From: Camelus dromedarius
Taxonomy: Eukaryota
Direction of reading: 5' to 3'
Length of the DNA: 64,000 nucleotides
Assembly (NCBI RefSeq): GCF_036321535.1
Contig: NC_087437.1
Span: forward strand, 110,672,001 to 110,736,000
This document shows, piece after piece, positions 49,329 through 62,567 of this stretch (positions are counted from its first letter, which is position 1; each line of letters starts with the position of its first letter). The notes under the pieces are model-generated. The model was not told where the DNA came from, made no database searches, and worked only from the letters and a program-made list of their open reading frames with translations. A program made the translations under genes and the position numbers.

Positions 49329-50052
49329 ACTTTTAGGAATCAAAAACTAGAGATAAGGAAATGATCCTAAAGCTTCAAAAGACAGAAAAAAAATGCACAG
49401 ATGACAAATCTGAAATGAGAATGGTATCAGAAAATAAGTGAGCAAGTAAACCAAAATTCTAAATTACTCAAATATTACTCAAGTAAAAAAATTCATATTT
49501 TTAAATATGAATCATTTTGAAGGAAGTTACTATAAATTGTTTTTATGAAAATGAAGGTATCTACTAAGGCAAAAGGTTGCTTGCAATCCAGAAATCTAAT
49601 TGGGTGGTAAAAGGATAACCTAGGGTGTCTGTTCTGCACGAAGCCTAGAGAGAAACAAGATTGGAGCAGGAAGATAAAGGCCCAGGGGAGGGCAGGCTCC
49701 AGGGGAGAAAAACAGTACTTACTGATCAACTACCTAATAAATTGGAGATTTAGAAAATACTGTGAAGTAACCAGAAATAAGCAAATCAAACAAGAAAAAA
49801 AAAGTTTTAAAGATACTCATTAACTACAGGCAAAGAACGAAAGTTGTTCCAGAAAGGAAATAAAATGAGAGTACACTACTCTGCTCAGCAACCAATCCTA
49901 TTTAAATGGACATACAGCAGGGTAACACCATGACAGCAAAACAGGGACTACTTATTTAGTGCTAAAGTTTCACGTAACTATACAGAAGATGAGGAAAGGA
50001 GAGCTGGTATACAATAAGGCTAAAGTATTCATCTGTCATAACCGAAAATCAG

Positions 50053-50555
50053 TAATGTCCATCAACGGATGACTGGATAAAGAAGATGTGGTATATTTAT
50101 ACAATGGAATACTACTCAGCCATAAAAACCGACAACATAACGCCATTTGCAGCAACATGGATGTTCCTGGAGAATGTCATTCTAAGTGAAGTAAGCCAGA
50201 AAGAGAAAGAAAAATACCATATGAGATTGCTCATATGTGGAATCTAAAAAAAAAAAAAAGCATAAATACAAAACAGAAATAGACTCACAGATATAGAATA
50301 CAAACTTGTGGTTGTCAGGGGGGTAGAGGGTGGGAAGGGATAGATGGGATTTCAAAATTGTAGAACAGATAAACAAGAGTATACTGTATAGCACAGGGAA
50401 ATATACACAAGATCTTACGGTAGCTCACAGAGAAAAAATGTTGACAATGAATATATATATGTTTATGTATAACTGAAAAATTGTGCTCTACAATGGAATT
50501 TGACACAATATTGTAAAATGATTATAAATCAATAAAAAATGTTAAAAAAATAAAG
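50053..50555 (+). mobile_element. Relatively young LINE-1 3' end
   Basis: Contains aatgtccatcaacggatgactggataaagaagatgtgg...gccatttgcagcaacatggatg...aataaaaaatgttaaaaaaa. Confidence 0.9.
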
Positions 50556-51479
50556 TCGATTAAAAAACAGTATAAGCATATTAATGAGAAATGAGGGTTA
50601 TGGAAGAAAAAACAAACAAAAAACACAGCTAAAATAGTTGAGTACAGTTTTTTTCAGGGAGTGAGGCTGGAAGGAGAGGGTACGGAAAGATGGGAAGAGA
50701 ATTTCACTTTAAGTCGTTTAAGGTTAATTGAATTCTTTAAAACTAGGTGCTTATATTGACTTGACACATTTAAAATATGAAAAGGAAGACGAATACAGTT
50801 TGTAACATATAATTTGGACGATGCATAATAGCATACAAATTACACGCTAAAATCTAGCTCAGCCACAATTATCTCTGCCCTGTGCTTGTAACATACAGGG
50901 AGAAACCTCTGAACACACTAATAGTAGGGCACACACTGTAAATGATGACCAGCCCTGAGTATTCATTTTGCACTTCAGCATCCATAGAGGTCCCCTCTGG
51001 TGCCTGGAAAGGGCAGGGTGCAGGAAGGACCCCGTTCACTTTCTCCTCTTCAGGGAGCTCTCTGACTCTCTATCCCAAGTGGGGCATCAATAGGATGCCC
51101 TAGGGAGCTCATGGACACGAGTCTACGGCTAGTGGGTCACACCTGCTATTTCTCTCACTGGATTGCATGACATTGAGCCTCCAAATGGTGCTGACAAGCT
51201 GATCTGAGTTGAGTCCAATTCTTTATATAGATTAAAATTTTTTGCCTGGGGTTCCACATATCCTAGAGGTGACCCTTCTTTGCAACTAATCTACGCCAAA
51301 ACCAAAGGTAAGTATTTCTAAAGTGGCTGGCTAGAGGCAGGGAAATGATCTACAATGATGGGGAAAGGACTTGGTTAGAGACGAAGTTAATACTTGAACC
51401 AACAAAGAAAAACAAAGACCAAACAATTCAGTTCTTCACACCTGCAGGTACCATGAAGTTAAGAGGGATATGAATACCA

Positions 51480-52210
51480 CGGAAGATCCTGGATTTCAAC
51501 TAGTTCATCGGAAGGACAAAACCCACAAAGTTAAAACTGCAAAGAGGTAAATTTAAATTCTGCATTTGGAGTTTTTGAAAAACCTATTTTAATAAGATGG
51601 AGAAGGCCTCGCTGGGTAAGAGCTGACGCTGACGGTTTGAAACCCCAGAAGCGTGGTATGAGTCAAGAGTCGGCTGTGGTTGCTGATGAATTAAGGAATT
51701 GGCACCAGCAGTGTGGAGGAAGTGAGAGGAGCAGGAACTGAAACTCAGGTGGCACAGAGCGGACCTCACGATGGCAGGGTGTCGGGTTCTGGAACACGAT
51801 TACCGGGGAGAACGGGAGAACGTCAGAATGTCTGGCAGAGGAAGTGGGTCACAGCGAGCCTGGCTCCGAAGTCTCAGGGAAACCTCAACAGGAGACACGG
51901 CAGGAGGGCGATGAGAGCTGTTTGCAAGTATTTAGAAGGTTATGAGAACGAAAAACCAGAAAAGGCTTACCTGAAACTCTGGGGGAGAATATGGAAACAA
52001 AGGGAAATGGCAAAAGTCACCCAAAAGAATCTAGTATCTCAGTATGCTGAAGAACTCTCTAGAACTTGGAGCTAACAAGCAAAGCAGATGGTTCAAGAGC
52101 TGGGAGCGTCCCATGGATGGAAGTGGGCAGGTTCCTGGCTGTCAAGGGTCTGCAGAGACGGTGCCCACCTTGAGAGGGAGGCTGGATGTTAATCTCGAGT
52201 CCAACATGCT
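51480..52210 (+). mobile_element. Ancient CR1/L3-like LINE fragment
   Basis: Contains taaattctgcatttgg...ggtttgaaacc...agagctgtttgcaagtatttagaagg...gtcccatggatggaagtg, which resembles the L3 3' region. Confidence 0.5.
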
Positions 52211-54199
52211 AAATCCCCTCTAAAGTCCTCTCTCCTGAGTCCACTTCATGCACCTTGTGAAAGGTGATTTCCAGATTTTCTCCTAAGCCAGCTGCCTCTG
52301 TCCAGGGCATGTGCCAGTGACCTTCGTGGAGTCTGACACACAGAACCAGACAAGATGACACTCCAGAGCCTGATAAAACTCAAAGCCTTAGACATTTCAC
52401 AGAGAATCCACATGCGACTTCCATAAAGATACTTACGTGAGAGGAGCACTAGGAACTGTCTCGTTTTCTTTACAATGAAAGTGATTATTGTAACATTTAT
52501 TGGGCATTTGCTGTCTGTCAGACACTTGACTTGCATTCTCACATCTAATCGCTAATTCAACACAAAAGTGGAAATACTATTCTGTTTTTGAAAGAGTCTT
52601 TTAAAAATATGCCTGCTAGCCCCTCACACAAGTGCCATTCTAAACGATCAGAAAATTTCTTGGAAAGGCAATGATCCCTTAGAGATTATATTTGCTACCC
52701 TTCCTTAGATATACAACTGCATGTGATTTCCTACCCAATCGGGCATCGTTCTTACTCTGCCTGCTAATGATGTTCCCAGGGCATTTATATAGGAGTTCGA
52801 AACTAGTATTAGGATATGTTACCATGAAAGTCACTGAGCTTTTTGGAATTGTATGTAACATCCTCCAGTAATGGATGAAGAAAGGGCCAAGAGGAAATTG
52901 TACTTTGTAGGTGATAGGTGCTATTTCTGGCTTCCAGTTGGAGGGGAGAATTCTCATTAAAATAGTTTAAATGGAGGGGGTATAGCCTCCCTTTGCAGGC
53001 AGCATAGCACTTCTTCTATATAAGCTGCTCTAACATTCATGCCTATTTCCACCCCCATCCTGCACACAAAACCCCTTTTCTACTTTTGCTGGTAACACAA
53101 ATCTCCGTTCCATGGGCAAATCTGAATAACAGCATCAGATCAGCAGCACACGGGCTCTGGAAACTGCGTGCACTGAACTGAGCCCTGGGGCTGGAATAAC
53201 CTACAAATTATTTCCATAATTGTGCTTGATCTCCCTCGCTTTAACCTCACCCCCGACACACACAGGTTCCTTTCAAATTCAGCCCCTCCGGAGTCATGTG
53301 AATTACAATAAGTAGAAGGTAGAAAAATGCCCTTGTGGATCCCAAAGAGCAGTAATTTCCTCTGAAAAGGTTCATTTTGTGCTCTGTCCCACGTAAGGAG
53401 CATAAAAATTTCACCAAAACAAGAGGACACAGAGGTTTTCATGAATAAGGTCCTATGTTGCCACAAAAGAATTTTATTCAATGTGACCTCTTGGGTATTC
53501 AGAGTCTATTAGCAATTTTACGGCCAGGAAAGTCCTTTCAAAAGGAATTCACATCAGAGATGTAGGTAAAAAGGAAGAACGTCCTGAAATCAATCAGATT
53601 ATCATCTAACCTGTGTAATGAGGCCAGAATGACCAAACTCAAGTTACAATGTCAAAATATTCCCAGCAAGTGGCTTCATTCTAAGGATGAGAAAAAGTCA
53701 CTTTTTACTGTAATCACTGACTCTTGCCCATGTTCCTCTTAGGGTAAACAGTAATAGTAATGGGAGAAATAATATACTGAGACAATAAGGGGCTTTAGAG
53801 AAAGAGAGGCTTGGTTTGAATCCAACCCCAACACTCAGTAACTGTGTGACCTGGCATTCAAATATTAGCCTTTGTAAGCTTCAGCTTCACCAAGAGGGAT
53901 CACAGTCCACATCAATTGGTTAAAATTTGGACACACCATCCAACCGAACGATTGCTGTAAGAATTAAGTGGACTCTCACTGTAAAACACCTTCAAGATGG
54001 TGGTATACAATAAGGATTCAGTAAAAGACAACTGCTGATATCACAGTAATATTATTTTTGTTGTTACTGTTAGAGTCATCAGGCATTTTCTCATTTGCAA
54101 GATATCCAATTAATTAATAAAAAGCTATACCAGATTCAGAAAGGCAATGGTTTATAAGTTATAAAGAAGGATATTTCCATGATACAGAGCATGTAGATT

Positions 54200-56560
54200 T
54201 CTTACTAGAACACACAAAGCACTACCCATTAGGGAAGACTTAAGAAATGAGACTACATTAAAACTTAAAAGTTTCAGTATAACAGAATACCTTTAAGAGA
54301 GTAGAAAGCAAGCCAAGCCACAGAATAGAAAAAGATATTTGCAATGCATATAATCAACAAAGAAGTGATATACAAAATATGTTAAGAACTGCTATGAACC
54401 ATCAAGAGAAGAGAGACAACCCAATGGAAAAGCAGGTGTGAGACTGAAATGAAAACTTCACAAAAGATGATAGTGAAAGGTCATTAAACCCCTAAAAATG
54501 TGCTCAACTTCACACTAAAAGCTTTAAAAAAAAATCTGACAATAACACGTGTGGGCAAGGATGAGGAACAACTGGAATTCTCCTAGGATGCTGATGGGAG
54601 CATACATTATTTCAGTCATTTTGGAAACTGACAGTATCTAGCAAACTTGAATGTGTGCATATATCCCATGGCCTAGCAATGCCACTCCTAGGTATATTCC
54701 AAAAGAAATCTGGAAAAATATACCCTGAACACAGTTATAAGAGTACTCACACCAACACTGCTCAGGATCCCCCAAAGCTGGGGTCAACTCAAAAGTACAT
54801 ATGGAAAGGTTGCCATCCATCCATCCCAGTTAGGCTGGGGCTACTGAAACCTATACCTATCATCCTGGCATAATTGTTAACAGTGCTGCTATAACTCTCA
54901 AAGTTGTCTAGTCGCTAAAGTGTTTTGGTGAATCCATCAGCAGCAATAGGAGAACAAGAACCTCAAAGAGCTGATCTTCCATGAAAACATTAACACTGGC
55001 AAAAACTGTCAAGATTAACTTTTTCAGGATTCTGGGAATTAAGTCTTGCAACAATCTGAGTTGCATTCATTGGGGGCAAAAATGGCTGAATCTCAGTAAG
55101 AATATCAATTACGGGGATATTTTAATGCACTGTGTTCCCATCTTTATCTCCCTATCTCCACAATCATGTGAAAACCAGCAGTCTAACAGCCACTGAAGGG
55201 AGCAGAATGGGTTTGGAGCTCCCCCAAGACACCACCCACAGAAAACTGTTATTATTTGACCTGACTCAGAACTTATTCATGCACACAACCTTTAACTCCA
55301 GGGGTGTTTGTGAAAAAACAATCAGTGACAACTGTTTAATATCAGCTGCTTGAGGTTGTGGTGACAGCTAGGGCAAAAAAGAAGCTGAGAAATTTTAGGA
55401 AAAGCTGGGAAATAAGATACTCAAAAGATATACATAGTCATTAGAATCTAGAAGGCTACATACATGCACAGAACTGTACAAATGCTCAGAAAACCCCAAA
55501 AGGCCCTGTGCTCACTCCTCTGGCTGACCTTGAGGCTCTGTGCAAGCAGAGGTGAAGGCGACGACAGAGTTATAAACTAACTGCCTGAGTGTTGAAAAGG
55601 TACATACAGAGGTCCTTGGGAAAGAGTAAGAGAGTTATCATTTCTGAGCACTCAAGGTAATCTCTCCAATCATTAGAGAATATCAATAGTGAAATAAAAA
55701 TTAGTCTTTCTTTCAAAAGAACCAAATACAATTCTGAAGTTAAAAATGTAGACTAACTAAAGTGAAAAATCCATCAGAGGGGCTCAACAGCAGATTTGAA
55801 CTGGCAAAAAAAAAAAAAAAAAAATCAATGAACTTCAAGTAGGTCAATCGAGACTATCCAGTCTAAGGAACAAAACAAAAACAAACAAAGAAAGATGAAC
55901 AGATTATCAGAGACTATGAGACACCACCAAGCATGCTAACTTAAACATAATGTGTGTCCCAAAAGGAGAAGAGAGAAATGGACAGGAAGAATATTTGAAG
56001 AAATAACAGCTAAAAACTTTCCAAATGTGATTCAAACACACATACATCTATACACCCAAAAAAGCTCAATGAAAACCAGGTAGAATAAACTGGAAGAAAT
56101 CAATATTTAAACATATCATAATCAAACTGTTTCAAAACAAGACAAAATCCCCAAAGCAAAACAACTCATCGATACAAGAGATCGTCATAAGATCAATAGC
56201 TGATTTCTCATTAGAATCTGTGGGGGCCAGATGGCGATACAGTCATATTTTCAAAGCACTGAAATAAGATTGTCAATCAAGACTTCTATATTCAGCAAAA
56301 CCAGCCTTCAAAAATGAAGGTGAAATGAAGACATTCCCAGATGAACAAAAGTGTCCTGGCTTGGATGATAAAATACACGTTCACTCTATTCAGCTAGGAA
56401 GTTGCATGTGTGCGTGTAAGGTTGAAGGGTGCTAGAACCTTCTGTTTCTTGTCCTGGGTGGTGATGACTCAGGGACACTTCACTGAGCAATACATTCATA
56501 TTTTGTGCACTCTTCCTTATATGTGTTTTGCATCAGAGATTTAAAAAAAAGAAAAAAAAA
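54200..56560 (+). mobile_element. Cluster of degraded LINE-1 (L1M) fragments: ORF2 3' part about 54200-54760, 5'UTR/ORF1-like about 54940-56350, 3' end to about 56560
   Basis: Contains aagatatttgcaatgcatataatc, ctcctaggtatattcc, ctcaacagcagatttgaactggca, aatatttgaagaaataacagctaaaaactttccaaat and aagacattcccagatgaacaaaa. Confidence 0.75.
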
Positions 56561-57533
56561 CAGGTGGTTTTTGTCTATTCACAAACAAAATTTACCACTT
56601 TATATTTTTTACTTTAATTGCCCAAATGGAAGTCATTGTAGGGGCCAAACCCAGACACATGCTGAAATAACCTGTTACTCACTTCCATGCCTTTAATCCA
56701 ACTCTCTCTTCTGCATGGAATATTCTCACTGTCAACTTCACTCAATTCTTTCCTACTCTTCCTTGAATATTCACTGTCAAGGTTCACCACATTACAAAGA
56801 TCCATCCCAGTGTCTGTCTGCCATATGAAATGTGAACAATTTTAAGAGTATGAACTGGGTCAAAATCTTCTTGGGATTCTCAGTATCACTGTGCATAGCA
56901 CAAAGGAAGTATGGAACAAAGGCTTGAGGAATTCCTGTATTACGGGAGTAAATGAAGAAAGCTTAACTAACTAACAAACACCACAAAAACTTTATCACAC
57001 CTGACTGAACTCAAAGGATCCCCTATAAAAGCAAATGTTAACCTTGAAATGATTAGCAGGTTAGTATTTTTTTAATACAATTAACAGTCAAACTTCAAGA
57101 ACATTAGGTACAAAATTCTTACAAGATGAGGAAGAAAAACTAGGTATAGTCAGTCATTTCTGAGATGTCATGATTTTCCTTTATGAGTAATATTAGAAGA
57201 GAACGTATTATGATCAAAAATTTTGACAGCTCACGTCATGCCCAGATTAAGGAATTCATAACCCTTTCTCTAAAGTGCTATACAAATGATATCGAGACTA
57301 CAGCACAAAAAATCCTTCAACCCACCCCCTCCTCGCGTTTCACTGTGGAAGCCTCTGCATGAGTTCAGTCATTCCTGGAATTCAGTGTCGATGTTTGTTT
57401 TGTCACTCCTTGTTTATGTCTCTACAATGTGCAAAAGACAGAACCCACCAGTAAAATGGTGAGGTACACAGGCAGGAAGGGAAGGTATCTGTTAGAAATT
57501 TGAAATGCCCTGCCAAAGGAGAACCCAACAAAC

Positions 57534-57706
57534 CTGAAAGAGGAAGGCATCGCCCAGGGAGTTGCTGAGGCAGAAGACGAAGTCCTTCTTGGGGTGCTCC
57601 GGCACGGCCTGCACGATGCTGTTCTCCACCCAGACGGCGTGCTTGGGGATGCTGTTGTGGTCTATGCCGGACCTGCCGTCACTCTCGTAGAAAAAGAGCG
57701 TGCACC
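57534..57706 (-). CDS. TIAM1: TIAM1 coding exon (173 nt, phase 1-0): CTLFFYESDGRSG...GDAFLFQ; PHn domain
   Basis: Acceptor ttcctcag|GG, donor CAG|gtttgt. The peptide lies in ORF 57492..57848(-). Confidence 0.97.
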
Positions 57707-59337
57707 CTGAGGAACAAGAACGGGTCTGCGTGAGTATTTGGTGCTCAGGAAACCAAAAGTCTATAATGCAAACTGTCACTTCTGCCCTGAGACCATGAGA
57801 GGGCTGGAAATTAGCGTGAAACCCAGGAAGTAAAGAGAATGGGGCCATGCTTATGCTTGTGCTTGGTCTTGGATGGGCTTAGCCAAAGGCAGGGATGCTT
57901 AAATCACAGTTTCATCATGCATGCCCTCAAGTTCTCTAAGACCCTTACTTTCTGTTTTAGAATGTTTCGTTACAGGTATCTTCATAGGCATAAGGGGGTC
58001 TTACTGTCTCCTTTGGCCAGTGGTCGCTGTAGTTCAGCTCTGCGGGCCCAAATGCAACAGTGCTGAGTGGGGACTGGCAGTCAGTACTGCCCCCCACCCC
58101 GGAGCCCCTTCCCAATACATCTCATGTGTTAGGCAACCAGGAAACACAAGGTACTAGGTTTCTTGCCTGTGCCCCTGGAGAAAACAAAACATAACACTGG
58201 CTTTATGTGCTTTCAGGATAAGGAAACAAATGCTAGATTTTTGGTCTCAGATCTTTTCTATAGAATGTTTTCCTGGAAGTCAACCACATCCTGGAAGGAG
58301 AAATGCATGGCACACACATGAAGACCTGAGGGGAGCCAGAGGCCAGGTCCACACTGAATTACACTGTGAAACTAACGAGATGGTAGCAATTGAAATCTTT
58401 TGCAGATTTGTGGCAAGGTGGGTTCAGTAAAGACCCTCCATCATCACCTGCTTGTGAAGCTCACTTTATTAGTAATTACTCACTGAGCACTTGCTCTCAA
58501 GTAATCGAATCCAATTTCAGGGGAAGTCGGGGCCCAATGTTATGACTCTTTAACTTCAACGTAAGCCACTCAGTCAGGCTTCAGCACCTTCCTTACCACA
58601 AGCAAGGGCCACCGTTTGTGTGAATTACAAAGCCCTTCAAAGCACGACCTATTCAGCTGCCGTATGAACTTCCATGAAGCAAATCTGTGATCGGTGATGC
58701 AGAGCAATGGGGCTCAATGGAGAAGTCACACGAGCACCAAGGCAATTTTTCCTAGTACGTAATATTTCACATGAGCATGTAATAGCTGCTAAACGCAACA
58801 TCCCCCAACACGCTGTGCAGCTGGACATGCAGACTGGCACGCAAAGCCCAGTCATTTCACAACGTTTCCCTTGGTACAGTCTGACCACACGCTCTGCCTG
58901 GAAGTCCTACTGCACGTCATGACTTTATAGCTGTTGTTCTTGTCTCCATAATTCCAGAGTTTCAGTTCTTCCTTCTATCCATTCAAGTTATATTCATTTT
59001 TTTTCCTTAAAGGTAAAGCCCTCTGTTTTCTGTGGCATCTACTGTTGGAAATTAAGATGTTAACTATGTATTGTTAGTAGGGTTTGGGTTTTGTTTTTAA
59101 GTTTTGGGTGTATAAGTTGCATACACACAATTTAATAACATGCCCACTGAGTTGTCCACCCGGACCCTATTTTTCTCATAATCCCTGCTATTTTGAAGAT
59201 CTCAAGTTTTGACAGGCACACATAGGTCACGTTCAGAATCATCTATACATCCTGTCTCCATGTCTCATGCTAGCATGGATTCAAAGATAAATAGAAAAAG
59301 AAAAGAAGTGGAAAGGAGAGGTTATTTGCCTCCAAAT

Positions 59338-59567
59338 CTCAGGTTCCCCAGGTGAGGCAATTTTGCCCCCCAGGGGACATGTGGCAAAGTCTGGAGACAC
59401 TTCTGGTTGTCACAACGTGGGGGTGGGGAACTGGAGAAGGTGTTACTGGCATCCAGTAGATGGTGGAGAGGGATAGTGGCAAACAACCCACAAGGCCCAG
59501 GACAGGCCTCACAACAAAGAACGATCTGGAAAATGTCGAGAGTCCCTCTGTTAAAAAACCCTGCTCT
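59338..59567 (+). mobile_element. MER20-like hAT DNA transposon
   Basis: Contains attttgccccccaggggacatgtggcaaagtctggagacac...tactggcatccagtag...aaaccctgctcta. Confidence 0.8.
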
Positions 59568-60468
59568 AAATAATCCTTAGGACTAAATACGACACTAATG
59601 ATGAATACTGTTTTCACAGAAAAGGACCAACACAGCTTTACCATAGTTTGAGAACAGAGAATGAAGCTTGTGGATATGAACACGGGGTGTCCACACATTC
59701 TGGTGTGAGCACACGTTGAACATTTTAGGATCCTCCCAAACTGCTGTTTTTATCATTTTTCAACTTTGGTTTACAATCACCCATGAGAGTGGGTGGTTAA
59801 AAAGTAGCTTTTACTCCATCATCTACACATTCCAATTTTAAGACTAACGAGAAGCAGCAAGTCTGGGAACGCATGCCCCGTGGTAACAGCCCTTTTACCT
59901 TCGTCTACACTTGACCATGATCTATACGCTTTTCAGTTGTTGATGGAGACACTCCAGAGACTCCTTCTAAATGAGGTCTTTTTAAAAAATTAATTACTCT
60001 GTCGAAAGGGAAAGAATCTTTGGAGAATTCTCTACCCCACGGTTCCCAGGTACTCTGCTTTTCATTTCTCAATCTCCAAGCCCAAATCAGCGGCAAGCCC
60101 TGCCTTTGAGTGACAAGGACAAGCCTCGAGCCTGTCAATATATAATGGAACCCATCAGGAGCAAGACGCAAAGGACTCGGCGGCCCTGTGTTCTGGGCCT
60201 GGATCCTGACACATTGTGTCACTCGGATCTAGGTCACCAAGAAAGTGAAGGCTCCCTCCGCTAATGGGCTTGTGAGCTGTGCTCCTGAATGCCCACACCC
60301 AGGCTTCCTGGATCATTTATTCTCTGAAAGAACAGCAGAAACAAAACAGCCCCTGCTTCCATGTCCCAAGTAAAACAATTATTTTTATTCTATGCCTCTA
60401 ACATGGTTATTCTCAACCTCAGTGGATCAATCCCCTGCGAAGCTTGTTTATACCACAGACTCAGGGAT

Positions 60469-60844
60469 TGTCATGGGCTGAATTCTATTCCCCCGAATTC
60501 CTAGGCTGAAGTCGTCACCCAGGGCCTCAGAATACAGCTGTCTTTGGAGACAGGGTCTTTAAAGATGTAATGAAAATAAAGTGAGGTTATAGAGTGGGCC
60601 CTCGTCCAATATGACTACTGTCCTTACAGAAATGGGAGTCTGGGCACAGAATCTGGGTACAAAGGAGGACCACGTGAAGATACTGGAAGAAGACAGCTGT
60701 CCCCAAGTCCAGGAGAGAAGCCTCAGAAAACAGCAAACCTGCTGACACCTTGATCTTGGACTTCTAGGCTCCAGGACTGTGAGAAAATAAACTTCTGTTT
60801 AAGCCCCTCAGTCTGCAGTAATTTGCTACAGCAGCCCTAATACA
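60469..60844 (+). mobile_element. MaLR solo LTR (MLT1-type), probably nested in a MER5-like element
   Basis: TG...CA termini with 5-bp TSD gggat / gggac. Contains tttggagacagggtctttaaag and accttgatcttggacttctaggctccaggactgtgagaaaataaa. Confidence 0.85.
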
Positions 60845-62119
60845 GGGACTCACACAGGGCCCTGTCACTAAACCGTGAGAATTGGCAGGTATGCGTGTAA
60901 CCCAGAAAGCACCTCCGGGGGGCCGTGGTGTTGTGCCTCGGGGCTTCCGATCACGCTGCTAAAAAAGCACGGATTAATAAAATGCAGGGCACGACGAGCT
61001 GTCCAGGGCACGGAGGCTGCAGTGTCCAGTCGTGTGGACCCTGGGGGAGAAGTGTGAGGGGGGAGAAGCAGCCTCACCCTTCATCTCACCTCTTCCCACC
61101 CCACCCCCAGCAGAGCAGCGGCCATGAGCAGGGAGGGCCCTTCAGACACGACCTGTGGTGACTCAAATTAAGCCAAGGCAGGTCCCGCGTGAGAAAGAAC
61201 AGCGGTGATTCTCCAACAGGCTCCCACAGGAGAGCTGTGGTTCTCAGACAGAACCACTACATCAAACAGCCTTTTCCCAGTTCTTGGAAAACAAGCAAAG
61301 TGTGCCAGGCATGTGTGGAAACTGACAGAATTTGCTCAAATTTAAAGTTCCTATTTCACATCTGGGTTCAAAATTTCATACACATTTTATATAGACTGTA
61401 ATATGGTATGTGATTTAGCACAGAAAAATAAAATTGGAAGTTTAATACCAATACTTCCTGAGGTTTTCCACAGAAGCCAGAATAGTCAAATATTCAAAGT
61501 GTGACTATAAAACAGTGATTTTTCACAAACATGTGCTGGTTTAGCCACTCCCTTAAGCACACTGGGTTGAACCCTATGAAATTAGCAGCATTCCATCATT
61601 TTTTACTCCAAAAATGACAGTTTCAAAGGATTCAAACTAGTAGTTTTCCCTCCAAAACAGTCACTTTGGGGGCATATGTTTTGAATGATTTCCCCCCAAA
61701 AAATGTTTTTGGAACTCAATCCTTTGAAACTGTCATCAGAACCAGCTGTATTCATGAGAAAACTAAACACGAGAGGGTCCAACAGCTTAACTGTAAAAAC
61801 GTAAAAGAAATAGAACAACACTGGTGGGAAAGAGAAATGGGGAGTTACTAATCAAAAAAGTTTCTGTTATGGAAGACGATCACGTCCTAGAGATGTGCTA
61901 AAGCCCTGGCTAGTCAACAGTACTGTCCTGTCACCTAAAAAGGTTTGAAGAGGGTAGCTCTCATGTTAAGTATTCTTACCATCAATGGAATAACATTTTT
62001 GAAATTAGCATAAAATGGAAATTTCATGTAATTAAAAAACATCATTTGCACAGGTGCCCCGTGGAGCACAGGGTGTATCCAGCACTGCAGGAAGGATGCC
62101 AGGACGCTCCCTCTCTTAC

Positions 62120-62567
62120 CTTTCAAGGACACCCAGTAGTGCTTCCACTTCCTCCGGGTGGCCGACTCCACCTTCTTGTTCTTCTTGTGCACCAGGAAGT
62201 TCTTGACGGCCAGGGCGCCTGCCTTGCGCACCGTGCCCTGCGCGGCCGTGAGCAGGATGTCGGATTGGCCCGGGGAGCTCAGGGTGCCGCTGCTCTGCTC
62301 GTCGCTGTGTGCGGAGCCCGCCTCCTCCAGGCTCTCGCTGTTGGTGGTGCTCATCTCCAGCTCCCGTCGGAAGTTCTCGTATACCCCCTGGCGGGCTGCA
62401 TCCCCGGTGGAGCTGCTGCCACTGTCGCTGCCCACAAAGGCGCGGCCGGTGGGGGGCGAGTAGCTGGAGTTGGTGGCATTGGATCGCCTGGACAGGAGGT
62501 CCGTGTCGGTGGTGGCTCCTTCGATCCCACTGTCGGCAAACTCGCTACCCTCACCTGCATTAACATC
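62120..62567 (-). CDS. TIAM1: TIAM1 coding exon (448 nt, phase 0-1): DVNAGEGSEFADSG...KWKHYWVSLK-G; N-terminal regulatory region and start of PHn
   Basis: Acceptor ctcccaag|GAT, donor AAAG|gtaaga. The peptide lies in ORF 61935..62600(-). Confidence 0.97.

Larger units (their letters stand above)
4823..62567 (-). other. TIAM1: TIAM1 gene, internal portion (11 coding exons and 10 introns; gene extends beyond both window ends)
   Basis: Spliced translation of 11 GT-AG exons gives one continuous ORF (1924 nt) matching remembered TIAM1 from DVNAGEGSEFADSG to LAFLTSN-G. It covers the PHn-CC-Ex, RBD and PDZ domains. Confidence 0.98.
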
